From contig NC_057754.1 of NCBI RefSeq assembly GCF_004010195.1, positions 7,173,564-7,208,757 on the forward strand: 35,194 nucleotides of DNA, written 5' to 3'. This document shows positions 35,161-35,194 of the stretch, in pieces. The notes beneath the pieces are model-generated. The model did no database searches. It was not told the DNA's origin and saw only the letters and a program-made list of their open reading frames with translations. This DNA comes from Chiloscyllium plagiosum (taxonomy: Eukaryota). How positions within the stretch are numbered: position 1 is the first letter of the stretch; every line of letters starts with the position of its first letter. The position numbers were made by a program, and so were the translations under genes.

Positions 35161-35194
35161 GGCGAGGGGGGCCGGACGGCGGGGAGGAAGAGGG

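Noticed and set aside
16200..35194. Mammalian STX5 neighbours (WDR74, U2 snRNA, SNHG1 snoRNAs)
   Set aside because: No sequence recognisable as any of these was found in the window.

Overview
Vertebrate, repeat-rich genomic DNA. The repeat complement (HE1/V-SINEs, CR1 LINEs, Deu-domain SINEs, Penelope-like element ends) points to a cartilaginous fish (shark). The main gene is syntaxin-5 (STX5) on the minus strand. Eight coding exons (16168 down to 1316) join in frame through GT-AG sites and cover the long-isoform N-terminus, the short-isoform start, the Habc domain and the linker. The SNARE and transmembrane exons lie beyond the left edge, and I could not find the non-coding first exon or promoter (possibly beyond the right edge). 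Three observations stand out. (1) Four short unique-sequence minus-strand exon candidates at 34131-29124 splice in phase into an unrecognised helical ORF of at least 71 aa, upstream of STX5 and on its strand. (2) An out-of-frame uORF overlaps the STX5 long-isoform ATG and stops before the short-isoform ATG. (3) Several fold-back Penelope-derived mini-elements carry target-site duplications and minimal hammerhead-ribozyme cores. Also present are three minisatellite arrays, a probable solo LTR and an exact 132-bp tandem duplication. Exon coordinates were counted base by base. Repeat boundaries are approximate, and family names come from recalled consensus features, not a database search.
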